A DNA stretch of 59,796 nt from assembly GCA_012270545.1 (NCBI GenBank), contig JAAXID010000132.1:17236-77031 (forward strand), read 5' to 3'. The notes beneath the pieces are model-generated. The model was given only the letters and a program-made list of their open reading frames with translations. It had not been told where the DNA came from and made no database searches. Numbering within the stretch: the first letter of the stretch is position 1; every line of letters starts with the position of its first letter. The DNA is from Anaerolineae bacterium. GTDB taxonomy: Bacteria > Chloroflexota > Anaerolineae > Aggregatilineales > Phototrophicaceae. Of this stretch, positions 1 to 9,277 are shown piece after piece. A program made the translations under genes and the position numbers.

Positions 1-268
1 CCCAAAGCATTGGAGAAGGGAGTTCTCTAGCGGGTCTACGCTAGCACCATCTTTACTTCACCTCCTCGAAATTAGACACTCCCCCTCACATCAAATATTT
101 GACAAGCCAAAGCAGAAACGCTACAGTTCGTTCTGTTAACTGCAAATTATAGACATGATTGAACTTATAGCTTGTGACCGGCTTTAAGATTTATTCTCGA
201 AACCAAAGACTCCGCCCGGTATTGACACCGCGCAACTCTCGCCATCTACACAGTCGATCGAGGCCCTG

Positions 269-1051
269 ATGGACGCGGCCCAAGCCCAAGCTGAGCGGGA
301 TGGCGTCGACGAGGCTGCGCGGGCGCCTCTACTCATAGCGCGCAACATCAGCAAGGCCTTCGGCCACGTGCAAGCCCTGAGCAACGCCTATATCGATGTG
401 CGAGCGGGCGAAATCGTGGCGCTGGTGGGGGACAATGGCGCCGGCAAATCGACGCTGATCAAAGCCCTTTCCGGCGCACATCGCCCTGACGCCGGCGAGA
501 TACTCGTCCGCGGTCAATCCGTGACCATCAACAACCCGAACGACTCCTTTGATCTCGGCATCGCCACGGTCTATCAAGATCTTGCCTTGCTGCCATCGCG
601 CGATGTGGTCGCCAACCTGTACGTCGGCCGCGAGCTCACCCATAACGGCTTGCTCAACCGGCGCAAGATGACCGAAGAAGCCAATCGCGTCGTGCGTCAA
701 CTGCGCACGAATCTGCCTTCGGTGAACACGCCGGTGCGCTTCCTCTCCGGTGGCCAGCGGCAAGCGGTCGCCATCGCACGCGTCGTGCATTTCGGCGCCG
801 ATATCCTGCTGCTTGATGAGCCGACGGCGGCGCTCGGGGTCAAGGAATCGCATGAAATGTTGACCCTGATCGAGAACTTGAAGGAACAGAACAAAGCGAT
901 CATCGTAGTCAGCCACAATCTGGCTCACGTTTTTCGCATCTGCGATCGCATCACTGTGCTGCGCCATGGCGAGACGGTCGGCACACTAATCAAGGAAGAC
1001 ACCAACTCCACCGAAGTTGTTCGACTGATCACCGGCGCCGATCTTTTGTGA
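269..1051 (+). CDS. ABC transporter ATP-binding protein, single NBD (monosaccharide/CUT2-type)
   Basis: 260-aa ORF with Walker A GDNGAGKST, ABC signature LSGGQRQ and Walker B ILLLDEPTAALG. A permease gene starts 13 nt downstream. Confidence 0.85.
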   Translation: MDAAQAQAERDGVDEAARAPLLIARNISKAFGHVQALSNAYIDVRAGEIVALVGDNGAGKSTLIKALSGAHRPDAGEILVRGQSVTINNPNDSFDLGIATVYQDLALLPSRDVVANLYVGRELTHNGLLNRRKMTEEANRVVRQLRTNLPSVNTPVRFLSGGQRQAVAIARVVHFGADILLLDEPTAALGVKESHEMLTLIENLKEQNKAIIVVSHNLAHVFRICDRITVLRHGETVGTLIKEDTNSTEVVRLITGADLL

Positions 1052-1063
1052 CGCGAACGGAGC

Positions 1064-2143
1064 ATGTCAATGGCAGCCAGTTCTGACAAAATAAAACCGC
1101 TTGACGACGCGCCGGAAGCAGAATCGCGGCTACGGCGCTTGCTCATGCAGCGCGAAGTTCAGTTGCTGCTGGTGCTGGTCGTATTCACCCTGCTCGTGCG
1201 CGCCGGTGGCGCCAAAGGCTTCCTGGGACCCACTCATTTTCCCATCTTCCTATCACAAGTCGCGCCGGACATGCTCGTGGTGATCCCGATGGCGATGCTG
1301 CTGATCGGCGGCATGTTTGATCTGTCGGTGACCGGCGTCGCCAACCTCAGCGTGGTCTTGGTCGGCTTCACCTTTTCGCGGCTGCTGGGCCAAATGGACG
1401 ACACGCTGCTGATCATATTGGTAGTGGCGATCGGCTTGACGGCGGGCTTGATTGTCGGCGCGATCAACGGTTTGGCGGTCACGCGCCTGCGCATGAATCC
1501 GTTGATGACCACCCTAGCGACCTGGTGGATGGCGCAGGGGGCGGCCACCGGCTTCGCCGGCGGCGAATCGCGCCACAACTTCGTCGGCTCCTTCCGCGAT
1601 ATCGCCCGCCACCAGCCGCTGCAAGGGCTGGGCGAGACCTTCCCCTTCCTGCAAGAAATGCGGATCAGCACATTGCCCCTGCCGGTGTTTTACGCCTTGA
1701 TCGTCATCTTCCTAGGCTGGCTCATCCTGACGCGCACGCGCTTCGGCTGGCATATCTTCGCCACCGGCAGCGATCGTCAAGGCGCGGCGCTCAACGGCGT
1801 CAACGTCAACCGCGTAACCCTCATCGGATTCATCGCCACTGGCATGGCCGCCGCCATGTGTGGCATCGTCTGGGCGAGCCGGCTCACATCGGCGCCGCCC
1901 AATACGCTCGGCGGTCTGGAGCTGCGGGTGATCGCCGCCGCGGTGATCGGAGGCGCCGCGCTCACCGGTGGCGAGGGCAGCGTGCTCGGCGCCGTGCTGG
2001 GTCTGTTCTTTATGCACATGATCCGTAGCGCGACCATTCAGCTGGGTTTGCCCGTCTATTGGGAGTTCTTCGTATTGGGCGCGGTTCTGTTCACCGCTGT
2101 CGCTTTCGACGCCTGGGCCAAACGGCGAGCCGACACCCAATAA
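1064..2143 (+). CDS. ABC transporter permease (RbsC/AraH-like, CUT2-type)
   Basis: 359-aa strongly hydrophobic multi-TM ORF directly after the ATPase. The glycine-rich C-terminal TM segments (GGAALTGGEGSVLGAVLG) are typical of ribose/xylose-type permeases. Confidence 0.8.
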   Translation: MSMAASSDKIKPLDDAPEAESRLRRLLMQREVQLLLVLVVFTLLVRAGGAKGFLGPTHFPIFLSQVAPDMLVVIPMAMLLIGGMFDLSVTGVANLSVVLVGFTFSRLLGQMDDTLLIILVVAIGLTAGLIVGAINGLAVTRLRMNPLMTTLATWWMAQGAATGFAGGESRHNFVGSFRDIARHQPLQGLGETFPFLQEMRISTLPLPVFYALIVIFLGWLILTRTRFGWHIFATGSDRQGAALNGVNVNRVTLIGFIATGMAAAMCGIVWASRLTSAPPNTLGGLELRVIAAAVIGGAALTGGEGSVLGAVLGLFFMHMIRSATIQLGLPVYWEFFVLGAVLFTAVAFDAWAKRRADTQ

Positions 2144-2367
2144 TGATGAGGACCGTCAAACCTCGGTCAGCCTTGGTTATGCCAGGGGAAAGCGGTATTT
2201 GCCCGTGTTCAGCGGGCTGTGCTCAAGAAGGGGGCAGATGCTTGAGCCGCGCGCATCTGCATCGCCAACGTGGTGATTAACGCGGCGATTCTGATTTCCA
2301 ACCGCGCGAACAATCCCACACGCCGCAATTAGATTCGATAGGACAATAGCATTTCTTGGAGAGCATA

Positions 2368-4239
2368 ATGAAAAGGTCCATGGTTCTTTTGCTGGTACTC
2401 TCGCTTCTTATTGGCGCCGTCGCTTCTGTCGGCGCGCAAGACGAGGACGTCTACTATATGGTCGGCGGCAACCTGGGGCATCCCTGGTGGAAGCAGCACT
2501 TTGAAGGCATTGAAGTCGCCGCCGATTGGCTGGGCATCAATGTCGAAATCGTCGGCCCGCCGCCCACCGATGGCATCGCCCTGGAACAGATCAAACTGCT
2601 CGAGGAGATCGTCGCCAAGCCGAACACCGCCGGCATCATGATGATCGGTTTCGATGTCACGCTGATCCCCGAGGTATCCAAACAGGCGATGGCAGCTGGC
2701 ATCCCCTTCATCCAGTTCAACGGCGATCTGATTGACAAGAGCGCGCGCCATGCTTTCGTCGGCACCGGTGACTACGCTTACGGCGAATCAGCGGCGCAGC
2801 TGGTGCTGGATCGCTATCCCGATGGCGCCAAGATCGGCGTGGTCGCCTTCATCAGCGCCCAGCAGCATCGCGACCGCCTGCAGGGTTTCCAGGAAACGCT
2901 GGAAGCCTCGGGACGCGACTATCGCTTCCTCGAACCGGTCGATGACCGCGCCTCGATGGACGGCGCGTACAACGGCGCGCTCAACCTGATCGAAGCTCAC
3001 CCTGATATGGACATCATCTATTCGGGTGACGCCTTCGCCGAGGGCGTCGCCAACGCCGTTAAGGATATGGGCTTAGTCGATAGCATTGACGTGGTCGGTG
3101 GCGATCGCGCCGACTCGCTGCTGCAAGCGATCAAGGACGGCGATGTCATGGGCACGATCGCGCAGGATACTTTCGCCGAGGGTTTCTTTGGCGTGCTCTA
3201 CATGTATGTGGCGCGTCAGGGCCTCGTCTCACAGGAAGGCGGTCGCCTCGCCTTGCCCGACACCTCGATCACACAGTCTTTCACCATCACTGCCGAAACG
3301 GTTGACTTCTTCCTCGGGGTCGAACCTGACAAGCCGACGCTGCCCGCCGGCACCGATGGCAGCTACTACATGATCGGTGGCAACCTGGGGCATCCCTGGT
3401 GGAAGCAGCATTTTGACGGCATCCAAGCGGCCGCCGATTGGCTGGGCATCAATGTCGAAATCGTCGGCCCGCCGCCCACCGATGGCATCGCCCTGGAACA
3501 GATCAAACTGCTCGAGGAGATCGTCGCCAAGGAAGATACCGCCGGCATCATGATGATCGGTTTCGATGTCACGCTGATCCCCGAAGTATCCAAACAGGCG
3601 ATGGCAGCGGGCATCCCCTTCATCCAGTTCAACGGCGATCTGATTGACAGGAGCGCGCGCCATGCTTTCGTCGGCACCGGCGACTACGCTTACGGCGAAT
3701 CAGCGGCGCAGCTGGTGCTGGATCGCTATCCCGATGGCGCCAAGATCGGCGTGGTCGCCTTCATCAGCGCCCAGCAGCACCGCGATCGTCTGCAGGGTTT
3801 CCAGGAAACGCTGGAAGCATCGGGACGCGACTATCGCTTCCTCGAACCGGTCGATGACCGCGCCTCGATGGACGGCGCGTACAACGGCGCGCTCAACCTG
3901 ATCGAAGCCCACCCCGATATGGACATCATCTATTCGGGTGATGCCTTCGCCGAGGGCGTCGCCAACGCCGTCAAAGACATGGGCTTAGTCGACAGCATTG
4001 ACGTGGTCGGTGGCGATCGCGCCGATTCGCTGCTGCAAGCGATCAAAGACGGCGATGTCATGGGCACGATCGCGCAGGATACCTTCGCTGAAGGCTTTTT
4101 CGGCGTCGTCTACATGTATGTCGCCGCTGAAGGCATAGTGGCGCGTGAAGGCGGGCGCATCGCCCTGCCCAATACCGTGATCACCAAGTCCTTCACTATC
4201 ACTGCCGATACCGTCGACTTCTTCCTCGAAGGCGAATAG
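2368..4239 (+). CDS. Periplasmic sugar-binding protein with two tandem, nearly identical type-I PBP modules
   Basis: ATG at 2368 preceded by GGAGAG. Signal peptide MKRSMVLLLVLSLLIGAVASVGA is followed by two ~300-aa repeats (units about 2452-3363 and 3364-4236, offset 912 nt). Third gene of the ABC operon. Confidence 0.8.
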   Translation: MKRSMVLLLVLSLLIGAVASVGAQDEDVYYMVGGNLGHPWWKQHFEGIEVAADWLGINVEIVGPPPTDGIALEQIKLLEEIVAKPNTAGIMMIGFDVTLIPEVSKQAMAAGIPFIQFNGDLIDKSARHAFVGTGDYAYGESAAQLVLDRYPDGAKIGVVAFISAQQHRDRLQGFQETLEASGRDYRFLEPVDDRASMDGAYNGALNLIEAHPDMDIIYSGDAFAEGVANAVKDMGLVDSIDVVGGDRADSLLQAIKDGDVMGTIAQDTFAEGFFGVLYMYVARQGLVSQEGGRLALPDTSITQSFTITAETVDFFLGVEPDKPTLPAGTDGSYYMIGGNLGHPWWKQHFDGIQAAADWLGINVEIVGPPPTDGIALEQIKLLEEIVAKEDTAGIMMIGFDVTLIPEVSKQAMAAGIPFIQFNGDLIDRSARHAFVGTGDYAYGESAAQLVLDRYPDGAKIGVVAFISAQQHRDRLQGFQETLEASGRDYRFLEPVDDRASMDGAYNGALNLIEAHPDMDIIYSGDAFAEGVANAVKDMGLVDSIDVVGGDRADSLLQAIKDGDVMGTIAQDTFAEGFFGVVYMYVAAEGIVAREGGRIALPNTVITKSFTITADTVDFFLEGE

Positions 4240-4250
4240 AGGCCGGATGC

Positions 4251-4304
4251 GCGTCCGCATGGTCCGCCTTGAAGTCGAAGCGCGGGTCATGCGGACGCTT
4301 TTTT
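4251..4304 (+). terminator. Putative intrinsic terminator after the binding-protein gene
   Basis: GCGTCCGCATG (4251-4261) pairs with CATGCGGACGC (4288-4298), followed by TTTTTT (4299-4304). It lies 12 nt after the stop codon. Confidence 0.55.
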
Positions 4305-4336
4305 GTTGAAGCCGTAATCGACTGGATTGACTGCCG

Positions 4337-5140
4337 ATGAGACTGAAAGACAAAGTGGCGCTCGTCACTGGTGGCGGACGCGGCATTGGACGGCATATCG
4401 CCCTGCGACTGGCTGATGAGGGCGCTGATGTCTTGGTCAACTACGCCAGCAGCGAAGCCGGCGCCGAAGATATCGCGGCGCGGATACGCGACAAGGGACG
4501 CCGCGCAATCGCGGTGCGCGCCAACATCGCCGAACGCGCCGATGTCGATGCCATGTACGAGTCCTTGCTGGAAGCATTCGGCCGCATCGATATTCTGGTC
4601 AACAATTCCGCCATCGATCCGGTGATTCCCTTCCTCGAGATGACCGATGAACAGTGGGATCGGGTCATCGACATCAACCTCAAGGGCGCTTACATGTGTT
4701 CCCAAGCCGCTGCCCGGCTCATGGTCGAACAGGGGGCGGGAGGCAATATCATCATCATCGGGTCGATGCACGGCATGGCGACCTTCCCCGGCATGTTGGC
4801 TTACGCCAGCAGCAAAGGCGGTCTCAACGCCATGACACGGGCGATGGCGCTCGATCTGTCGCCGCAGGGAATTCGGGTCAACTGCGTGATCCCCGGCTCA
4901 ATCCACGTGGAAAAAGCTTACGAAGTCATCCCCAACTACGACCCGCACATGATCGACGACCAGATCGCGCTGGGCCGCATCGGCTACGGAGCCGACATCG
5001 CGGCCGCCGTCGTCTTCATGGCGTCGCAAGACGCGGACTACATCACCGGCACAACGCTGAACGTCGATGGCGGGGTGATGGCGCGTATGGCGCTCTGGTT
5101 CGATGACCTGCAGACGGTTGAACGCAAGTACGATGAGTAG
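4337..5140 (+). CDS. SDR-family oxidoreductase (FabG-like)
   Basis: 267 aa. Has the N-terminal TGGGRGIG Rossmann motif, NNSA, and the catalytic YASSK (YxxxK). Confidence 0.85.
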   Translation: MRLKDKVALVTGGGRGIGRHIALRLADEGADVLVNYASSEAGAEDIAARIRDKGRRAIAVRANIAERADVDAMYESLLEAFGRIDILVNNSAIDPVIPFLEMTDEQWDRVIDINLKGAYMCSQAAARLMVEQGAGGNIIIIGSMHGMATFPGMLAYASSKGGLNAMTRAMALDLSPQGIRVNCVIPGSIHVEKAYEVIPNYDPHMIDDQIALGRIGYGADIAAAVVFMASQDADYITGTTLNVDGGVMARMALWFDDLQTVERKYDE

Positions 5141-5187
5141 GGGCGACCCCTCCCCCAACCCCCTCGCCATTGCAATGGAGAGGGAGC
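5140..5187. repeat. Diverged copy of the C-rich/hairpin intergenic repeat (family 1)
   Basis: GGGGCGACCCCTCCCCCAACCCCCTCGCCATTGCAATGGAGAGGGAGC. The C-rich arm plus CGCCAT-loop-ATGG hairpin is the same architecture as 11287-11327 and 22860-22901. Confidence 0.45.
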
Positions 5188-5222
5188 TCTGTCGGTAGCC
5201 TGACTGGTTTCGCGTTACACCC

Positions 5223-7271
5223 TTATTCGATCACAACAACTGCGTGCAGGTTTAGTTCCGGCAATATGGTCTTGAGCCGCCCATTCTCATACTGATAGTC
5301 CAGCGGCGAATTGGGCGCGCAGTACATGCACGTGACATTCTCAAGGTCAGTCCGCGATAAATCAACTTCAATTGAAATATCGCGCAATTTAGCGCTGTCA
5401 TCACCCCAGGCGACATGATCGGCGCTGCCCAGATAGCGGTTGATCAAGTGGATGACGCAGCGCCCGTTTTGCTCGTTCAGCACAGCCTCGATGCCGGCGG
5501 GGGCATCCGTCCTAAGCACGGGTTGCTCAACCAGATTCGCCGCCAAGACGCCCATCAACCGCTTGACCCAGGCGTTGGGCATGCCTTTTGCCCGCAGCGG
5601 CGCCGCGATGTAGATGCACTCGCCATCACCGAAACGGTTGCGGACGATGCCGGGAAAGCGCTTCTCCTCGTCAGGGCCGGCATCTCCCCAAAGGATCGTT
5701 GTCGCCTCCGACCGCCCCGCCTCCGGAGCGTAGAAGTCGCCCAGCACCTCCGCGCCGCGGGGAGCAACGCGCAGTGGCATCTCGTCGATCAGAATCGGCA
5801 GCGCCGTTACATGACTGCGGAGCGCGTCATCCGCCAGCCTGAGATAGACAAACTCGCAGCCGGCCTCTTTTTCATATTCGACGCCGAAAACATCCGCCAG
5901 TCCAAAATCAGACCGCCGCCCGCCGTTCTCGTCCCAAAGCGAGCTGCAGCCGGAGGCCAGCAGCCTTCCGCCAGCGCTAACGTAGTCGCGCAGCATGTGG
6001 AGCTCATCGTCCCCCAACGCCGCTTGATCGGGCAGAACGAGCAGCTGATAGCCCAACAGATCGCGATCCAACTGGATAATATCGTACTGCAAGTGCATGT
6101 CGATCAGCGCGCCATGAAAGGCTTCGGCGCCATCTTGCATCAAGCCCCATAAGCGCGACGCCCTTCGCGGCTTGGGCGTGAAGACCAATCCAACATCGCT
6201 GAGGCCCGTCGGCTCGCGCAGCCAGGGTTCAAGCTCGCGCGCAGTGCGAAACAGCTCAGCGAAACCGGTGAATTGCGCGCTATCGGTCTCGCCGTCGGGG
6301 TAAGGCGCCTGCCCGAAGACCATGCTGCCGCCGTGAGCTATGGCGATCGCATTCTCCAGCTCGAGGAATTTCAGCGGCTTCTGGTCAAAACCATTCCAGC
6401 CGCCGCCCAGCGCCATGCGCGGCAAAGCGCCTGCCGTCAGGATTTCGAAGGGCTTGCCGCGGGTCTTCGCCCAGCGCGCGTTAAAGCTCTGTCGCAGGTA
6501 TTCGGGCGCGTGCCCCTCGATTGAAATGAGATCGGCGGAATCGATTGGATCGCCCGGCGCGCCAGCCGCGTTGTAGGTGATGACCGCCTCCGGCAGGTAT
6601 CGCCGAATGACCGCGTATGCCTGATTAAGAAAATCATCCACCTTGGCCGTCATAAACTCGAAGATCTGATCGGCTTCCGCCGGCGTCGGCTGTATCGGCA
6701 GCGGCTCACTAGTTTCGGCTTCGTAGCTCCTCCGCGCATACAGCGAATAATCGGGAATCGGATGTGGCGCGATCATCCAAAGATCCTGCCGCACATCGCG
6801 GGCTAGCGGGATGATATCCAGCCAGAAACCATCGACCGCATAATTCCTCGCCAGTTCGTCTAGCTGCTGCAGCGCAAAATCGGTGTAGGGTGAGCAAATC
6901 GAAGCCATGTAAAAGGGCCGCAGCTTGTAAGGATCGCCCAGGTAATTGACCATGCGCCATTCGGGATGGATGCCAAGCGCGTAGTTATCGAAGCAGACGC
7001 TGAAGTAGGCGATAAGCCGGATGTCTCGTTTCTTCAGCTCCGGCAGCAGCTCGCCCAGGATATTGCGCGGGTGCGGCAAACCAAGCGAACAGGGATAATA
7101 ACAGGTCCCGTGATGATCCTTGCAGTAGAGCTCGAGGCAATCAACCGCGGATCTCTCTAGGTTATCGGCATACTTGACCGCGTCGAATCGCTGTCCCTGC
7201 GCCTTCGCCCATTGCGGCGAAACGTAGAGCTTGTGCAGCTTGCGGAAGGTTTGTCCAAACCAATTGCTCAT
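5223..7271 (-). CDS. Putative glycoside hydrolase, GHL6-like TIM barrel plus beta-galactosidase-trimerisation-like domain
   Basis: 682 aa. The N-terminal pattern (LELYCKDHHGTCYYPCSLGLPHP...IRLIAYFSV...HPEWRM...DGFWLDI) resembles the hypothetical glycosyl hydrolase 6 family. It lies downstream of CUT1 permeases. The family call is from memory, not a search. Confidence 0.55.
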   Translation of the reverse strand: MSNWFGQTFRKLHKLYVSPQWAKAQGQRFDAVKYADNLERSAVDCLELYCKDHHGTCYYPCSLGLPHPRNILGELLPELKKRDIRLIAYFSVCFDNYALGIHPEWRMVNYLGDPYKLRPFYMASICSPYTDFALQQLDELARNYAVDGFWLDIIPLARDVRQDLWMIAPHPIPDYSLYARRSYEAETSEPLPIQPTPAEADQIFEFMTAKVDDFLNQAYAVIRRYLPEAVITYNAAGAPGDPIDSADLISIEGHAPEYLRQSFNARWAKTRGKPFEILTAGALPRMALGGGWNGFDQKPLKFLELENAIAIAHGGSMVFGQAPYPDGETDSAQFTGFAELFRTARELEPWLREPTGLSDVGLVFTPKPRRASRLWGLMQDGAEAFHGALIDMHLQYDIIQLDRDLLGYQLLVLPDQAALGDDELHMLRDYVSAGGRLLASGCSSLWDENGGRRSDFGLADVFGVEYEKEAGCEFVYLRLADDALRSHVTALPILIDEMPLRVAPRGAEVLGDFYAPEAGRSEATTILWGDAGPDEEKRFPGIVRNRFGDGECIYIAAPLRAKGMPNAWVKRLMGVLAANLVEQPVLRTDAPAGIEAVLNEQNGRCVIHLINRYLGSADHVAWGDDSAKLRDISIEVDLSRTDLENVTCMYCAPNSPLDYQYENGRLKTILPELNLHAVVVIE

Positions 7272-7374
7272 AAGAAATCATTCTCCCATTGCGCTCTCGA
7301 AACACGGTATCCACGCGCGTCGGCTCTGCCGTTTATATCTTGCAACTGCGCGAAGTTCACTGCCGCCGAGGGGC

Positions 7375-8247
7375 CTAACGGAGCGCGCCGGCGGTCATGC
7401 CTTTGCGAATCTGCTGTTGGAACAGGAAGTAGAAGACAAAAAGCGGCAGCGCCGTCAAAGTCATGATGGCGAACTGCTGGCCGAGAACGCTCTCGGACGT
7501 CATAGCAGCGGGACGATAGCCGGCGACGGCCAGCGGCAAGGTGCGTACTTGCGGCTGATCCAGCAGCACCAGCGCGAATAAGAGCTCGCTCCAGATCCAA
7601 CTGATATTGATGATGGCCATGCTGGCGATAGCGCCGCGCGAAACGGGCACGACGACGCGGATGAAGGCGCCGAAGCGCGAACAGCCGTCGAGCAGGGCAG
7701 ATTCTTCCAATTCATGCGGGAAGCTCAAGAAATAGGCGCGCATCAGAATAATCGTAAAAGGCAAGCCCAGCGTCGCGTAGACCAGCATCATTCCGATATG
7801 GCTGTTTCTTAAGCCGAGATCGCCCATGAAGAAATACATCGGAATGATCAACACATGGACCGGCACCGCCAGCGTGAGGAGAAAGCCCTGCTGCGTCGCC
7901 GCATTGCCGGGGAAGCGCCCGCGCGCCAGCGAATAGCCAGCCAAGCCGGCGACGAATAAAAGGATCGCCAAGCTGCCCAGCGTGATAACAAAGCTGTTAA
8001 TGAAAAAGGTCGAAAAGGGCTGACTGACGCGATCGCCCTGCCAGACGATGGCGTAATTGTCGAGCAATAAGGGATCGGGCAAGGCGAAGGGCGCGTTCAA
8101 GATCTGCTTATCGGTCTTGACCGATGTGATGAACATGAAAAGGATCGGATATACCTGCACGATCGCCCAGACGACCAGCAAGATAGTCAGCGCCGCGCCC
8201 GGGATGCGCTTGATTATTGGGGAGATCCTATGCCGCTCAGGATACAT
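7375..8247 (-). CDS. Carbohydrate ABC transporter permease (CUT1, MalG-like)
   Basis: 290 aa, 6-TM pattern with an EAA-like loop (ELEESALLDGCSRFGAFIRVVVP). Confidence 0.85.
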   Translation of the reverse strand: MYPERHRISPIIKRIPGAALTILLVVWAIVQVYPILFMFITSVKTDKQILNAPFALPDPLLLDNYAIVWQGDRVSQPFSTFFINSFVITLGSLAILLFVAGLAGYSLARGRFPGNAATQQGFLLTLAVPVHVLIIPMYFFMGDLGLRNSHIGMMLVYATLGLPFTIILMRAYFLSFPHELEESALLDGCSRFGAFIRVVVPVSRGAIASMAIINISWIWSELLFALVLLDQPQVRTLPLAVAGYRPAAMTSESVLGQQFAIMTLTALPLFVFYFLFQQQIRKGMTAGALR

Positions 8248-8263
8248 GACCAGTCGCGCCGCG

Positions 8264-9139
8264 CTAAAACTCGACAGCCTCTACGCGCATCAAGCGCTGA
8301 TAGACATAGGTCACGGTGAAGATCACAACGAACATCACCACCGCAACCGCCGACGCATAGCCGTATTCCTGCTTGCGAAAAGCCTCCTTGTAGAGAAATG
8401 TTCCCAATACCGATGTGCTCTCGGCCGGCCCGCCCAGCGTCATCACCCATACCAGATCGAAGACCTTAAGCGAGAAGATAAACTGCAGCACGCTGATCGA
8501 AATGAGCACGGGACGGATGAGCGGGAGCGTCAGATACCAGACGCGCTGGGCTTCGCTGATGCCATCAAGCGACGCCGCTTCGTGCAGATCCTCCGGAATG
8601 TTCTCGATAGCCGCCAGCAGAATGATCATCGGGAAGCCGGAGAATTGCCAGACCGCCACCGCGATGACCGAGCCTAGCGCCGTCTCGCGGCTGGCGATCC
8701 AGGTGCCCTCCAGATGCGCCAAACCGATACTGCGCAGCATGACGTTCAACATACCGAAATTCTGCTCGTACATGCGCACCCATAAGGCAGCCGTCACCGC
8801 CATCGGCAGCATCACCGGCAGATAAAAAATGAATCGATACAGGGCGGCGCCCCGAACGCGGCGCGAAATCGCCAGCGCCAGCAGCAGGCCGATGCCGACG
8901 GTGCCGAGCGTGGAGAAGACGGCGAATATCAGCGTATGGCGGAGCGCGCCCCAAAAGAAACGATCATCGAATAGGTCCTCAAAGTTTTCCAGCGCCACAT
9001 ATTCGCGCGGCCGCAATCCGTTCCATTCGAAAAACGCCAATTCCAATGACTGGATGAGGGGCAAAGCCATGAACATCAAGAGCATGATCACAGCCGGCGC
9101 GAGGAAGAGATACCAAATCAGATTGCGCCTGAAATTCAT
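8264..9139 (-). CDS. Carbohydrate ABC transporter permease (CUT1, MalF-like)
   Basis: 291 aa with EAA loop (HEAASLDGISEAQRVWYLTLPLIRP). Located directly upstream of the MalG-like gene. Confidence 0.85.
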   Translation of the reverse strand: MNFRRNLIWYLFLAPAVIMLLMFMALPLIQSLELAFFEWNGLRPREYVALENFEDLFDDRFFWGALRHTLIFAVFSTLGTVGIGLLLALAISRRVRGAALYRFIFYLPVMLPMAVTAALWVRMYEQNFGMLNVMLRSIGLAHLEGTWIASRETALGSVIAVAVWQFSGFPMIILLAAIENIPEDLHEAASLDGISEAQRVWYLTLPLIRPVLISISVLQFIFSLKVFDLVWVMTLGGPAESTSVLGTFLYKEAFRKQEYGYASAVAVVMFVVIFTVTYVYQRLMRVEAVEF

Positions 9140-9170
9140 TTCACGGACGACCCCTGACCCGTGGATTAAT

Positions 9171-9252
9171 CTGTAGGGGCGATCCTGTGGATCGCCCGAC
9201 GAACAAAATTCAAGCTTGGCAGAAGCGGGGACTCACAGAGTCGCCCCTACAG
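9171..9252. repeat. Palindromic GTAGGGGCGA-type intergenic element
   Basis: CTGTAGGGGCGA (9171-9182) is the reverse complement of TCGCCCCTACAG (9241-9252). There is an internal 9-bp stem GGGCGATCC/GGATCGCCC (9177-9197). Related half-sites occur near 18361, 22808 and 22909. Confidence 0.45.
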
Positions 9253-9277
9253 AATTGTTGCTACGGAGCGACGAGAA

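Noticed and set aside
2233-2260. The hairpin GCAGATGC…GCATCTGC between the permease and the SBP gene, as a possible attenuator or terminator.
   Set aside because: It has an 8-bp stem without a following T-tract. Intra-operon position alone is not enough to call a regulatory element.
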